A DNA stretch of 64,000 bases, taken from Podarcis pityusensis (lineage: Eukaryota). The translations under genes and the position numbers were made by a program. Shown one piece after another: positions 23,703 to 37,589 of this stretch. The notes below the pieces were generated by a model, which worked only from the letters and a program-made list of their open reading frames with translations, was not told where the DNA came from and searched no databases. The DNA is taken from the NCBI GenBank assembly GCA_964106645.2, contig OZ067043.1. One strand, given 5' to 3'. How positions within the stretch are numbered: the stretch's first letter is position 1; each line of letters opens with the position of its first letter.

Positions 23703-26361
23703 CACTGCTCCACTGATGTTTTAATAGTCTTTCATATCTCATCCCATTAACTATCCTGCCCCTGCTTAAATCCCTCAAAAAGCCTCATCTCGATCCTGTG
23801 CCTAACCTCCCTCTGTCTGCAAGGACCTTGGGTGTGCACTACTTCATGCATCATGTGGTGCAGAGCTAACACAGTATGTGCCAAATCACATCTACCACAG
23901 GTGGATTTTAATGCCATGTTAAATGTTGAGGCAGGATACTGCCCCCTTTCAGATACTGCCGCTTCAAAAAAAAAAAAAAAAAATCCCCCACAGAAGGCTA
24001 GGGTGGCTTTTAAAAAACTATTCTATATTACTTCAAGCTTTGAAGTACAGAGAATAGCAACACTCACATGCGGGTTGATTTTTCTTTTTAAATGCTGCCT
24101 TTATCAGAATAAATCTTTTCCTCCTCTGTATCACTGGAGATAGATAATCAAGTCAAAAAAGAAAGTCTCTTCTAACAATAGATTTCTTTTTCTTTCTGAA
24201 CTTCAAATGGGAAACTCTTATCTCCAGCCACAGTTGACCAAGAGAAGAAAAGAACAGAACACACAGGCACACTCACCAAACCTTCCATTTACTCCAAAGG
24301 CCATGCTAACTCCACATACCTGCACCACTTCCCCCTCTGCTTAACAGAGAGAGGCATTCAGAACATTTTATAGGACGTATTTACTCACTAGAAACACTCT
24401 TGAAACCGAATGCTCCTTTTTGCTCAGAAGATGAACTTTGGTCTCTAAAATGGTATCTCGCCAGGTAAGTGTAGCTGCTCTGAGCATGAGAGATTTTCAA
24501 AGACATCTTCCATACCCAATCCTCTCTGACCAGCACTGTGAGCTTCCCAAAGGTATCTGGGGATCCAGATTTGGGAAATGTTCCCATTTTTTTTCGGTTC
24601 TTCATTGCCAGGTATATCTGGGGGGGACTCCTTTTGTTCCCATACAAAACCTTTAACCCTTTGAATTATCACTGGAGGTTACAAATCTTCTTAGGAGAAT
24701 CAGGGGGATTTCATAAGGCACTGATTTGGAGAAACATAGGGCTAACCTATACTTAGCTTTTGCCCCGCTCTTTTCAGGCACAGGCCCATGCTTAAAAACT
24801 CTGAGTCCGAGCCTTTGTTTGTTTCTGCCCCAAGCTTGTTTGTATGTTTTTCTGTCTGTTTTTGCCTTGCTCTTTAGCACTCAATTGGAGCAAACCTCAA
24901 TTCGAGTTTGAGCTTTAAAGAGCAGGTTTTCTGAGAGAAAGCTCCAGAACAAATGGGGGAGGGCGCCTCTCTTCAATAAAAAAAACAACCAGATATAAGT
25001 AGTTTAAGCCAGTGAAAATATGACTATATACAGCTACTAGCCCAGTAAAAATACAATCGTAAAACAAAATATTACAATTTCCTTTGTAATTTGTACAAAA
25101 TATCAATTATTATACTAATGTCTATGGAAACACCACTGGCTTTCTCTGAGGAATCTGCATTAGAACAGTCGCAGAAGCCTCCCTCTCACACGGGATGATC
25201 TATCATACAAGGTACCCTCACTTCAAGCTGCCTGATGACTGATGTTCCACTAGCAGCATGTTGGGATTGGCTGAGCACCCAGACAAATGCTCTATAATCC
25301 CTTTTTTCCTCTCCTCCTCTGCCAATGTCTCCCATGAGAGGTGTGATGATAGACGGTGACATAACTGACTGTTCCCAATCAAGGTAATGTAAGTAATGAC
25401 AGCTGACGTGATTCCTGGAACGTGTTTCCAGCGGTCGGCCTATCTGCTTTGCCTACTATAGCAGACCATGGCAGCGTGCACGGAAAGGGGGGAAGCGGGG
25501 GAAGAACAGGTCTTGAAAAAGTTAAAGAGTGCCTACTGGAAGCTCTAAAATGAAAAACTGCATCAAAACCAGGAGTACCACAAAGGCCCCATTAACACAT
25601 AATCTGCCCCAGGAAAGAACTCCAGTAACCTAAACTCCTCTCATGCTTTGGTGGGAGTCCAAGAGGTGAAACTGTGTGACTAAGTGGTACCCACAGTCAT
25701 GGTGACATGAACACCTGCTACTTGAAAACCTCCAAGCTCAGAATGGCTTCATATGTTACAGAAAAATGTGCCGGCAGGGAAGCAGAGATGTGGGGAATAC
25801 GTGTCTGATTTCCACAGTTCATTCAGGCTCTGAAGCAGCAGTCCACAAATCTTGGCTGACATTATTAGTGACCATTCCCAGCCCTACGACTCCCCTGAGT
25901 TTTCTGCCATACACAAAAGGATCTATGGGTAAAGAGCAGTGGACTTCTCCCTTTGCACCAAGCTGGGAGACGCCCCAAAGCAGTCAGAATATTTTTGAAC
26001 CCTGCAACTCAAATCCCAGCCTGGTACAGAGGACTGGAGGAAAGTCAATGCCTCACTCCACAACAAGCAAAAAGCGCTTCTCCCAAAGGTGACAGAGACT
26101 TCCCCATCCCACCCCATGACATAAAAGGAAGGTGACTGGGCTGCAATTCTAGTGGCTTTGGTTTGATAGGCAATGTGCAACTCTGGGGATGTCTGTTGAG
26201 TCTGCAAACCAAAAAAGCGGCAGCAAAAGCTGGCTGCTGTAGCTAACTTGATTTTAAAATGACACAATTGCTGCTGCACCTTATCCTTGTATAGCTTGGG
26301 GTCAGTGAGGCTGTCAAAGCAACAGCAGGGAGGAGGAATGTGAATATTTTCAGACAACAAA

Positions 26362-26997
26362 TGTCATGGACAGGTTGGACACAGAGGAATGGTGGGAGCA
26401 ACCAGGCAGGGTACCACCAAGGGAAGGAGGAGGCTCAGAGCCCGGAGAGTGGTGGTGGGATGACAGTGAGTGATTGGAGGGAGAAGACTGGGAAGAAGAA
26501 ATGTCGGGAGCTGAAGGGTAAAGAGGCTTAGTGAGCTGGGAGAGTCTGTGGCAGAGAGAAGTCAAGAATCAGAGGCAGAAGCTGAAGCAGGCAAGTGGAA
26601 AGAGGGAGGCTAAGAGGCAGAGATGAGTCAGGCTGGTGAAGAGTCATGAGTGTCTCCGCCTCCTGCTGCAACTATTTCCCCTCACCCCTCACCACTTGTC
26701 TTCCAGAACCAGAAGAGGCATGAAAAGTGTTGAGGAGAGGTTGGCAGCACACAGGAGCAGTCTTTGATTGCTTGGGGAAAGCCCTGGAATGGAGTGGAAT
26801 CATAGGCTGTGAGGAGGTGGGGACTTACAGCCTTGGCAACTGATTTTCATGGCCACCATGAATGAGCTGTTGTGCTCATGAGGCCCGACACTCAGCCAGA
26901 TCTGTGAGGCCCGACACTCAGCCAGATCTGTGAGATCGTGTTTCTGTTAATGAAGAGTTAACTCCAACTTTGAACTGACCAGCACATTGCTATGACA
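26362..26997 (+). mobile_element. Probable solo LTR
   Basis: Begins tgtcatgg and ends ctatgaca (TG...CA, short inverted termini). About 636 bp. Purine-rich interior. Flanks acaaa/actaa give an imperfect TSD. Confidence 0.5.
26879..26930. repeat. Perfect 26-bp tandem duplication
   Basis: tgaggcccgacactcagccagatctg present twice. Confidence 0.95.
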
Positions 26998-27327
26998 ACT
27001 AACAATGTAGGCCCCAAATACCTGAAAGACTACCTCCTTCCCTACAGGCTCCCCTGGGTGTTAAGGTTGGCAGAGGTGGGGTAGGGCGTGTCTCAGAAGT
27101 TCAAGTGGAGGTGCCCTGGGAGAGGGCAATTTTCATGGCATTCCCTCTCCACTATATTGCCTTTGTCATATGCTAAAGACACACATATTTACTCTGGCCT
27201 TTGACACCCACCATATATGTACATTGTTTAACTTATTTTAATATAGTATATTTATATTGTTATAATCTGCCCTGGAACCTTATGGTGATGCTTGAGCAAG
27301 AAATCCAATAAAACTAACAACAACAAG
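26998..27327 (+). mobile_element. Old L2 3' fragment
   Basis: aacaatgtaggccccaaatacctgaaagactacctccttccctac = NNVGPKYLKDYLLPY. L2-type tail ending in (aac)n. Confidence 0.7.
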
Positions 27328-28052
27328 TTAGCTTGCATAATTCACATAGCAACAATCCATGGAAAGTATAATTCAACATAAATACATAGTCCACTCTCAG
27401 TTGCCTGTTAAATAACAAATGAAGTATGCAACCAATTGGTGTCTACCCACAAGAAACAGCCAACATAAATTATTGGGAGTAGTGAGCATTGTGTGTATAC
27501 TGAACCTATACAAACACACAGCATAAAGAACCTGAATTTTGGAACAAGGCTAATTTTAAGAGCAACACATTGGTAGCCATCATGGTTAAGAGAAAAAATG
27601 CAAAAATACTATCGCAAAAGGCTCTGAATGGTAAGAAGGCAAGGCTCCTGCCATGTAAAACCTCATTGACTTTCCTCATATGTTCCTTGGACCAGGCTGT
27701 CCTACCACATAATTATCCCCAGCTTCACCTCATTTCTTACCCTCCACCACCACCACCACCAAATCATTTCATACAGTTGGAATTCTGCAAAAACCAAAAT
27801 CTTGCAATCAGTATGAAAATAAGTTTATTTCATGCCAACTAGCACCGTTTAGTCACTGGGCAGAATTCAAATTTCTTAGGATGAAATGAAAGCATAATGT
27901 GTGGCCAGGAATATGGTCCAGTGGGGCAGAGGGATATCATATTTCTCACTTGGAGTTCAGCCAAGTCATTGGTCTGCCCGGTCTCTACAAAAAAAATCTA
28001 GCAAATATACCATGTGATTTAATATCTGCAGCGTTCCAAAGGAGAAGATAAT

Positions 28053-28253
28053 GGGCTAGATTCAACTAAATAGTTACACTAGCGGGAGCCTGCACAATGG
28101 GGTTCCCCCTCTCCCCTCATAGCTCTTGGGGGTCAGGAGAACACCCAGAACAGTGCAAGCAAAGAAGAAAGGCAGGTGAGTTTGCTTCCCTGATGGAACA
28201 GCAACGCTTGCACGGGCAGAGCAATCTCCTTAGTGCAACTTTCAAATCCACTC
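28053..28253. mobile_element. Degenerate PIF/Harbinger-like MITE
   Basis: gggctagattcaactaa at the left end, aaatccactc at the right. Resembles the 40144 and 44337 elements. Confidence 0.35.
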
Positions 28254-30599
28254 AATCTATAAAGCCCAAGTATAGGCATCAGAGGACTAGAGTTCTACTC
28301 CTAAATCTATCCTTAAACTTTCCGAGTCTCAGTGGGAAATATTTAATATCAGTTTTAGCTCCCTCGCTATAAAGTTTGCTTCTAATATTAACAAATGCAA
28401 AACACGTGGAACCCCTGGATTGGGAAGGACTAGGGAAGTCAAAAGGTTATGTGCACTATTTAATTTCTTTCTGCACAGGAAAGCTCTGGAAATTTGTATG
28501 GGAACACAGTGAAAATATCAGCAAGTATTTGAAAGTAGGTAATACAGAATAATCTGAGCTGTGCTTAATTTAAAGACAAATAGGTTAGAGAAGTTCTATT
28601 AATAATCTCAGCAAATACAAGAGGGTTGGTCCAGTTAGTGCTGACCAAGGAGAACTAAACTCACTTGCCCTCCTTGGGCACATCCATGGAAGAACCCTTA
28701 CAAAGTTGCAAGTTGCTCATTGTATCTCACCCAGAAAAAAAATTGCATGGAACGTGCCATCATTTACCTCTTGCGCTATTGCTCAGCAGAGCTAATAAAT
28801 CTTGCATGAGCAGAGCAGATTGTAATTTTCTAATATGAAAAGGCATTTGGATTGAAAGAGGGAGGGAAAGATAAAAGTGATTGAATCCCAAGTAGCCCAG
28901 GGTCAGTGACAAGACACTCCCAAGAAGCATGGCTCCCTCTTCTCTCTCAAGCTTTTCATACATCCATTTCTCCCTACTCTCCACATGTTCTGTCTTAACT
29001 TCCCTTATTGACAGCACATTGCTTTAAATGGTTACACAAGTTATCATTTTCCCCTTCTGATCAATCTGAATTTTCAGGGCAATTACCCTCATAATCAATT
29101 ATTGCCATCCAAAGCCCCTCAGATTCTTCCTCAGCCAAGCAGTTACACCTCTCTGGTGCAGACAGTACACACAGAAGCAATGAAGCTGGGGGCAACGCCA
29201 GCACAGGCAAGTCCATCTTACACAGACACACATGCCTGCTGCAAGACTGGAAAAGTGTGAAGGCCACTTCAAGGAACACCTGATGAAAAGAAATGAGCAT
29301 GTCTAGGTTGAAGGCCATTAGAGAAGGAAAGCAATATGTAAGGATCCACAAGTAAAGGGGGGAACCAATCGCCTAGCTGGAGAGTAAACAAATTTATGCA
29401 GGCAGGCTGCCTGTAGGCCATGAAGAAGCTACATGATTAAGGACTGCTTAATGCCTAGAAAGGCAAATAAAGAGCCACAATATTTGACAAGCCCCAAAAT
29501 CAGCAGTCCAGCTGCTTCAGTACGTGGCCATTTCACAACAAAACCCATATTAACCACACCACTACTCAACTGACTTCTGGCAGCTTTGTTATGACACAAT
29601 AAATGTGAGTTGAACTCAAGTCCAGGACAATGCTGCACTAACCCTCTCAACCCACATCCACAACCTAGTACATTCGTAGAAGAATCTGGTACATTTCCTG
29701 TTAATGGCAAAATTCCACTTTAGTAACTCTTAAAATATAAAATCTGTTGGCTAGAATTGTTTGATTAAGCAATTGTTCTGGCTTAAATCACACTGATTGC
29801 AGAAAGCAACCTCTCTCAAAGCATGTTGTTTGTTTGTTTTATCAAGGATACAGATACCAACTACTCTTTCTGAATTTGTTGCGCTACATTCTTTTTCAAC
29901 TAAAGCTCAGGAAGATTAAGTTATGCCGGCAAGATTTTACTGAGTAAACACAATCCTGTTCCAATGTGGAATTTTGTATACACTCTTCCATCCTGTAGAG
30001 TCTAGAAAAGCAGAAGAAATCTTGTGGAATCTGCTTCAACTGCTCCTACTATCCCCAAGTTCACTTTAGAGGCAACACCATCAACATTTTGAGAAGGACA
30101 GCTGGTGTTCTATAATGCTAGTGCTAATAGTGCTAACAGATTTTTTCCAGGTGCTGCAAGGTCTTTGCCAATCTGACCCACAAGATAACATGATAGATCC
30201 CTGGAAGCCAGCTGTGACATGCGTACCACGCATTTTGAAGTTAAAGATGCTTGTATGCATTTCAACCTGATCTCTGCTTTATGTGCAAGTCCATGAGTGA
30301 ATACATCCAGAGCACCATCTAGTCTTGTTTTCAGTTGTGGCGGATCAATGTTGTTGACAAGGTGCTTGGAAAACTGCAATTAACCTGTTTGCTTGCCCCT
30401 TGCCCCTCCGAGATTTTAACATCAAATGGTAGAGGATTGACCAGCTGAATCCAGGAAGTTATAAGTGTCTCAGCCGCATTAAAAGAGAGGGTCATAAGGC
30501 CATTCTTGAAAAAAATCCTCTCTAGGCCTCTCAGTATCATTTCAGTTATAAGTTAATCATAAATATTCCCTTTTGGGACAAGGTACTCAAACAGACAAT

Positions 30600-30755
30600 A
30601 ACATAAGAAGAGTCCTCCTGGTTCCAGGAAGCTCATCTTCTCCAGTATCCTGTTCTCACAGTGGCCAACCAGATGCCTATGGGAAGCCTCCAAGAAGAAC
30701 CTGAGTGAAACAGCAGAACATAGCCAGCATGGGTAATAGTCACTGACAGTCTTAG
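30600..30755 (-). mobile_element. CR1 3' UTR fragment
   Basis: aacataagaagag...tcctgttctcacagtggccaaccagatgcc, reverse-complement homologue of 47830-47910. Confidence 0.75.
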
Positions 30756-31789
30756 TGGATCTGATTTAACATTATATTATGTTTTCCCCAAAACAAATAT
30801 TGAACTCAAAGCGGCTCACAATATTCACAGTAGCATCAAAACAAACACATTGCAATCACTCTATCAAACACAATAGCATATAAATAAAACAAACAACAGC
30901 AACAAATTCACCAAAACAATTTATACAATTCAGTAACTCCAGACAGTTTTGGATGACAATGATTCCAGCCCAGTTTTGGCATTTAAAAGTGAAGCTCACC
31001 TTCATGTGCCTCCTTTACAAGAAGAGAGAAGAGCTTTTTTTAGCACTAGAGCCCACATAATATTCTACCTGGAGCCAACATTTACATTTTTTGGCACCAG
31101 GCAAAAATGTTTTTGCTGAATCATGCATTTTTAACTGCTGGAAATGAATTTTGTAAATTTTATTCATTGTTTTATTATTGTATTTTGCTATGAGTATTGA
31201 TTGTGCAGTGCCCTGAAATCCAAAAGGGTGAAGAGGAGAATAAAAATGCTTTAAATAAACAACCCTCCTGGTACATTTTGTAGCTTTCAGAACTATCAGC
31301 CACAATATCCTTCTTGCTTGGCTACATGAGATGTGCACTGGGGACACTGGGCCACAGTGGTTCCATTCATACCTAGGTGGCCATTTCCAGAAAGTGATAT
31401 TGAGGGACTACTACTCTGCCCCGTGGCATTTACGGCACGGTTCCACTCCAAGTTCTATTGGAAACTACTAAGCAAGTTCATCTGGGGATTTGGGGGTGTA
31501 ATGTCATTAATATGCTGAAGCTCAAAAGTGGTCTATATCTGCCTTAAAATAAATGCATATATAAATGTATGACATTCAGAAGTAGCTGGACGCAGAATTC
31601 CCTACATGCCATTCCAAGTTGCTGATAAACTAACAAAGTGCCAAGGTTTTTACTTAAGTTCTTCATAACTGAACAGTTCACTTTTCATTCTATGGGTTAC
31701 ACAGGAAATCCATGCTCAACCCACCTTCCCACCACCCATTCTCTATGGGTCCTGCTTCTCCAGATGCACTTTGAAATATAACTCTTGCC

Positions 31790-31927
31790 CTTCTTCACAG
31801 AGAAAAATACCCAGGATCCCTGGCATCTTCATTTAAAAGGTTTTTGGTAGCAGGTGTCTATTTGAAGGCCCACTGTCACTGGGCCAGATAGTCTGAGTGT
31901 CTTGACTCCAATTATAAAGACAACTTT
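31790..31927 (+). mobile_element. Degenerate tRNA-derived SINE (same family as 52525)
   Basis: cccagg atccctggcatct...tgactcc..tataaagacaactt. Confidence 0.4.
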
Positions 31928-33886
31928 GGAAGATTTCAGATTAGTGCTTGAAGGGTAAACAAGCATGTAAGACATAAGCATTAAGACAGCCATCCTGAAG
32001 TAGCAGTATTCTCAAAAGGCAAATATATTTCACCCTTAATTTAGGTAACTTTGAGGATGATGCTCCTGCAGAAGGAGCACTGGCTTCACCCATCAGACTG
32101 GCAGCCAAAAGGTGCCTGTAGACAGGAGAGCCTGGAAGGGCCAGCATGTCAGCAGGCCAGTCGCCGGCAAAATGCCTGACTGATGGCCCTGCGCTTCACT
32201 AGCTATTTTACATGGAGCATGGCTGATCAAAGCTATCCCCACTGTGTACTATGGAGCAATAAAAATAAAAAAACCCACAGGAAGAATTCCTTAGGCAGGT
32301 AATGGGCACTTTATTCCTTTTTATGGCACTAAACATAGGCAGCTGGCATAATTACACTACAATAAAGGCATAATGTGCACCCAGCAGAACGAATGCGAGG
32401 CTTCTGATAATTAGGCAGAGCAAACAGTCTGGGATTCAACCACATGGTTTTACTTGGTCTCCTGGAACTGTCTGAGCCCAATTCCCAAAGCAGGCCAAGT
32501 CTGTCCCCCATGAAATCTTAACCCAGCTCAACTTTTTCCTGGCTAGGATTGCTCTCTTTATTATTGCTTGTTTCTCCAATCTCACAAGATAAGAAGCAGA
32601 CAGCTCCAGCTAGGATCCCTTAGCTCTACTAACAGAAATGTATCAATTCAAAAGAATATATGGAACCTAGATGGTAACACAGAGTTGGGTCTCTGTACCG
32701 ACATTGGTATAAACTTCTTTTTGGACAGCTGTATGCTCCCAGCTCTGAGCAGGTTATAAAACAATACAGCAAAGAGCAAATGTTGTACTGTCAACCACTG
32801 CCCAATGGAAATGGGGATCAATGAGAATAATACATGTTTGAGGGTGACTTGCTTTGAGAATCATGGCAGACACCCAGGATCTGTCGGTACTAAGGACTAA
32901 CCTATCAGTTCTGAAACAAAAAAAAATTGAAGAATGGAAAAAGATAACATCAGGAGCCTTCAGAGCTATAGAACTCTCTTACCTATTACCCCACAAATAG
33001 CAATTCCTCAGGTGTCAGGGTCTAATTAAGAACGATGAAGATGATGATACCACCTTGCTGGACAGGTTTATAATCTTAAGCACTCACAACGTGCAGCTGA
33101 GATCTAGGAGAGTAGCAAAATCTGAGCCAGCATTTCTAAACAGTCTTTAAAATATTAATCAAGAAAAGAAGCAGATTTGCAAGATTGAGCAGAACTCAAA
33201 GTTTAGGGCTCAGCACGCTTGGATCATTGCAAGAGTTTCCTCAAGTGTAGAAAAAAAACCTTTTTAGCGTGAGCATGTGCATCTGGGCTCTAATTGTCAT
33301 TGCTGATAGTCAGTGTTACTACAATCTAGATTCCTTGGGGAGCAGACCCATATTTTTCACCCTACTAACAAGCCTCAATAACATAATCAGTACCCCTCTT
33401 TACAGCCAGAGTTGTGAGATCTTTCAGACATTTCTATTAACACCATTCTAACACTTCAGAAAGATGTTAGCTGCAACCCTGGCCTTGGGACAGCCCTCGA
33501 TGACACACACTATGCTGGTATGGTTTTAACTAAAAACAGGTAACACTATGTTCCAAGAGTAAAAGGAGGCATTGCATTCTCCTCTATAGGAGAAATGAGG
33601 GTCACATGCAGTCTGGGAAGCAAGCAAGGGGCAGAGAAAGAGAAAGGGGTATCTTGCCCACTTGGGCTCCAATCCAAACCACGACGTCTTTTAGCCCCTT
33701 CCACTGATGGCATGTAGACCCCACATGAAGGGAATACAGGTAAATTGAGTCACTTAAGAGTCTGTCCCTCTCCCTCTCTGACTCACTCATGTTTCTAAGC
33801 AGTATACAGGAAACCCAATAAAATACAATAAAAACAAATGATAAAATCAGAATTCAGTTAAAAAGTCTGCCTGGAATTTTAAAAAA

Positions 33887-34226
33887 GTGGCCCAGTATAC
33901 CTGAAGGAACATCTCCACCCCCATCGTTCTGCACGGATACTGAGGTCCAGCACAGGGGGCCTTCTGCCTGGTTCCCTCACTGCGAGAAGCGAAGTTACAG
34001 GGAACCAGGCAGAGGGCCTTCTCGGTGGTGGTGCCCACCCTGTGGAACACCCTCCCATCAGATGACAAGGAAATAAACAACTATCTGACTTTTAGAAGAC
34101 ATATGAAGGCAGCCCTGTTTAGGGAAGCTTTTAATATTTGATGAATTATTATATTTTAATATTTTGCTGGAAGCCTCTCAGAGTGGCTGGGGAAACCCAG
34201 TCAGATGGGCGAGGTATAAATAATAA

Positions 34227-34267
<41 letters not shown>

Positions 34268-34282
34268 TACTACTACTATTAT
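33887..34282 (+). mobile_element. L2 LINE, 5'-truncated 3' end
   Basis: GPVYLKEHLHPHRSARILRSS and RQRAFSVVVPTLWNTLP. Ends gggcgaggtataaataataaa with a (TTA)n tail at 34228-34282. Confidence 0.92.
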
Positions 34283-37066
34283 TATTATTATTATTATTAT
34301 TAAAGAACACTCTACTCACCTCTGTATTGCCATGAGGAAGAAACTGCAAATACTGAATCTCAAAGCATTGTATTTTAACCTTCAGCCCCACTTCCCGCTC
34401 CCTAAGGGAATGAAAACTACAAAGGACCAATGGGACCTTTGCACAGCCAGAATTCTTTATGCTACAGGAAGTGGAAGCGTGGGGGAAAGAGGAGCTTGTG
34501 TATGATTTACCTTCCAATCTCTTTCCTAAGCCTTTTAACCCCTTCATAGCACATGAGTGGCTAATAAGAATATGAAATGGATACCAGTCCCAGCAATACG
34601 TCTTCCCTTTCCTTCAGTCTACCAGATTCCATCCGATCATTTTCCACACATGTGGCAAGTGCCTCTCCACTCTCACCTGGCCTGGAATGCAGCCCACGTT
34701 GCAGGATTATTGTAAGACATGCCCTGCCTTTAATCCCTTCTTCTCTAGTCTTGCTCTAGTATTGACTGCGGGGAAGGAAGGGTCAGGTGCGAGGTCAAGC
34801 TTGTCTCTTTCAACACTGGTACGCGACAAGCATTCCAGCCTCACAGCCGATTTCAAGATACACTGAAATCCAGCAAAGCAACCAGAAGGAAAACAAGGAG
34901 TTCTATAAGAGACTATGGGGCTGGGGCAGGGCGAGGGCGTGAGTAGGAAGCTAGGACTGTTGACATCTACATGAATACCATCTAACTTTGGACTGGTGTC
35001 TCCTGAGGTCTGGCACTTGGCATCTAACAGATAATGACGGTGTCGGGCCAGGCCAAAGAATTATATATCCATATACACAAGCGTACAAGAGAAAGCATTT
35101 TTAGAGTGAGTATGCGTCCTTACATTCCCATAGAGGCTATACTTTGCAGCTGTGCTTAAAAAGTGATGCTGCACAAAATCCCTCCATGTCTGAGAAGCTA
35201 ATGACAAGAGGTATGGAACTGTACACTAACATATCAGCACAAGACACCACAAATCTGCAATTCCTGGTCCTTTTGCATTTTGGGTCATACCTTCAGCATA
35301 TGGGTATCTTGACCAGCAGGTGGTCTTTATGATAGTGCAAAAACATTTATGTGGGAGTCCACATCTTTTTCCAGAGTTTAGAGGTCTAGTTGTTTACTGA
35401 CACAACAAGTACCATTTTCTAGACAAAGAAAACTAACAGAACCATGGTATTTTAATTGCATACTTTTTCAGCAGCAATTTACCCACAGCATTTTTTGTAG
35501 TCTTCCTGCCACAGGCTCCATTATGACTCTTCTTGAGTTGGTGGTCTATAAAAGATCAGACTTACAAAAATGTTGGTCTGTTTCAGCATCCTATACTCTC
35601 ACAATCTCGTCTCAGAAAGTGGCTGTCTTATACGCACTGAGCCCTGCATCGTTGGTGTTCATAAGCAATATCTAGTATCTAGTGTGTCTCACAGCAAGTA
35701 GACAGCTCTTGCTTGATCTATAGGCAATTCTTGTAGCAGCTGCCCTGCATGCGATATGATGCAGTTTGGACATGGGCAGCTTCACAACAGGGCTTTATAT
35801 TACAAGAGTCCCCAGTCCTTCTTCCCCAGTTGGGCGGATCAAAATGAACTCTTAACATGGCTTTTCTGAGTGGGGGTCAAGGTTAACTAATTTATAAAAT
35901 ACTCTTTGCCACTCTGAAAAGTTTATGATGGATTGAAATGGATATGATTTGGAAGCAAAACATGATTTGAAAAGTATATTCATTTTTACTGCTATGAGGC
36001 AGCCTAGACAAGGAAGACCCAACTCACCCCAAGTTCAAAGATATTTTCCTCTCTCCCCAACCCCATTAGCAGAGTATGGTTGACCCTTAATATATCCTAA
36101 TCTTCTAATGAGATCTGAATATATAAGGTCTGAAATAGGGTTTAATTTTACTCATTTGTTTACTCATTTATTCATTTTATAAACCTGATTTGAATTAGGT
36201 CACTAATTTGAGCCCAAGGATTTTGGTTTGCTCTGTTGAAACCTATAACCTTTTCAATTTTTCTTTCTTTCTTAATATATTTCAGATATGAACCTTACTG
36301 GCAAGGCATCACATAGTATTACCTGTAAAGAGGCCCGTTTGTTTGACAGTATCTCAGCCAATTCCATCTTTACAGATGCAAACTACAGAGAACAAGGTCT
36401 AAATAAAATTTCAGGAATAGTCATATAAGGTGTCTAAGCTCATATGTCCCTTCATTGTGGCACTGTGCAGCAACAGCATTCAAGCAAGTATAACAGAAAG
36501 AGGTCTACATTCAATTAGCCTAAGAAGCACCACATTAACCATCACAGACAAGACCAGATGGCAACTAGCAGGACTGTAAGCACACAGAACAAATGCTCAG
36601 GCAAAGTAAAGAAAAGCTGGCTGAAAAAAGCACTGCACCAACTACTATACTGTTTGCTGTCAAAATACATTGTTTAAAAGTTTCAGAACTTCAATGAATA
36701 ATGATTGGGGGGGGGGGAGGAAAAAGCATTGTGGGAAATGTACCCAGATAGTCGGGGCCTCAGATCATGCAATACATTAGCACATCTGATGCATGGCTCA
36801 CATAAGACCAAATTTTCAGGTTTGGGTCAGGCCAGGTCAGGCTAGGCACTGGCAATGTATAGCTTAACATGCTGTGCTATTCTGGTTAATGATCTGGATG
36901 GAAGCTAGTCTGATATGTGAATGTGACTAACTAGGGATTTGCTTTCCCCAGGGTTAATAACCACATGGGGATTAATTGGGAAAACTCTTTTCTTTCTTAA
37001 TCCAAATAGCAAATTTATGATAACAGAATCAAGTATGACTCTAGGGTGGTTTGAGCAGGAGCTAAA

Positions 37067-37070
<4 letters not shown>

Positions 37071-37114
<44 letters not shown>
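37071..37114. repeat. (TC)n microsatellite
   Basis: Seen directly. Confidence 0.95.
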
Positions 37115-37116
<2 letters not shown>

Positions 37117-37589
37117 CCTCCCCCACCTCGGGTTCATTGGATCTCCTAAGTGGCCTTAGACCAGCCACTTTTTCTCAGTTTCAGCCCTCCACCACCAACA
37201 ATGCAGGGAATCTACGTTGCTGGAATCTTAGTTATCCCTACATTACTGAAATATTAGCAATACTATTTTTTTTAAAAAAGCATGAAAAAGATATAAAGTG
37301 AACAACTGCCACCCACTTACAAATCTGCACAGAGATTCAGCCAATCTAGCCAATGATCCAACACGGTAGGCAAAGGCAACTGGGACTTTTGCAAATTCCA
37401 CATTCTCTTGCTGTTCCTAGGACATCTATCAATCAACAGTCTTTTGTAGTGCACGAGAATATCCCCACAGGAACTACTACCTGACATAAGTACGAAGATC
37501 TGTCACCAGTGACTTGTTCATGCATGTTTGCCCCAAAAGTTGTGATAATCCTACAACTATTTTCTTAATATGCCCAAGGCCTATGTAAT

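Noticed and set aside
24390-24445. Possible 56-nt minus-strand exon (ttttag ... gtgagt)
   Set aside because: Poor polypyrimidine tract, not frame-preserving, and peptide unrecognised
30110-30379. Protein-like 89-aa minus-strand ORF
   Set aside because: No recognisable domain, weak splice signals, and a length expected by chance in 64 kb
33041-33100. ATGATGA...CTGA, C/D-box snoRNA-like
   Set aside because: No terminal stem, short spacing, and no recognisable rRNA antisense element
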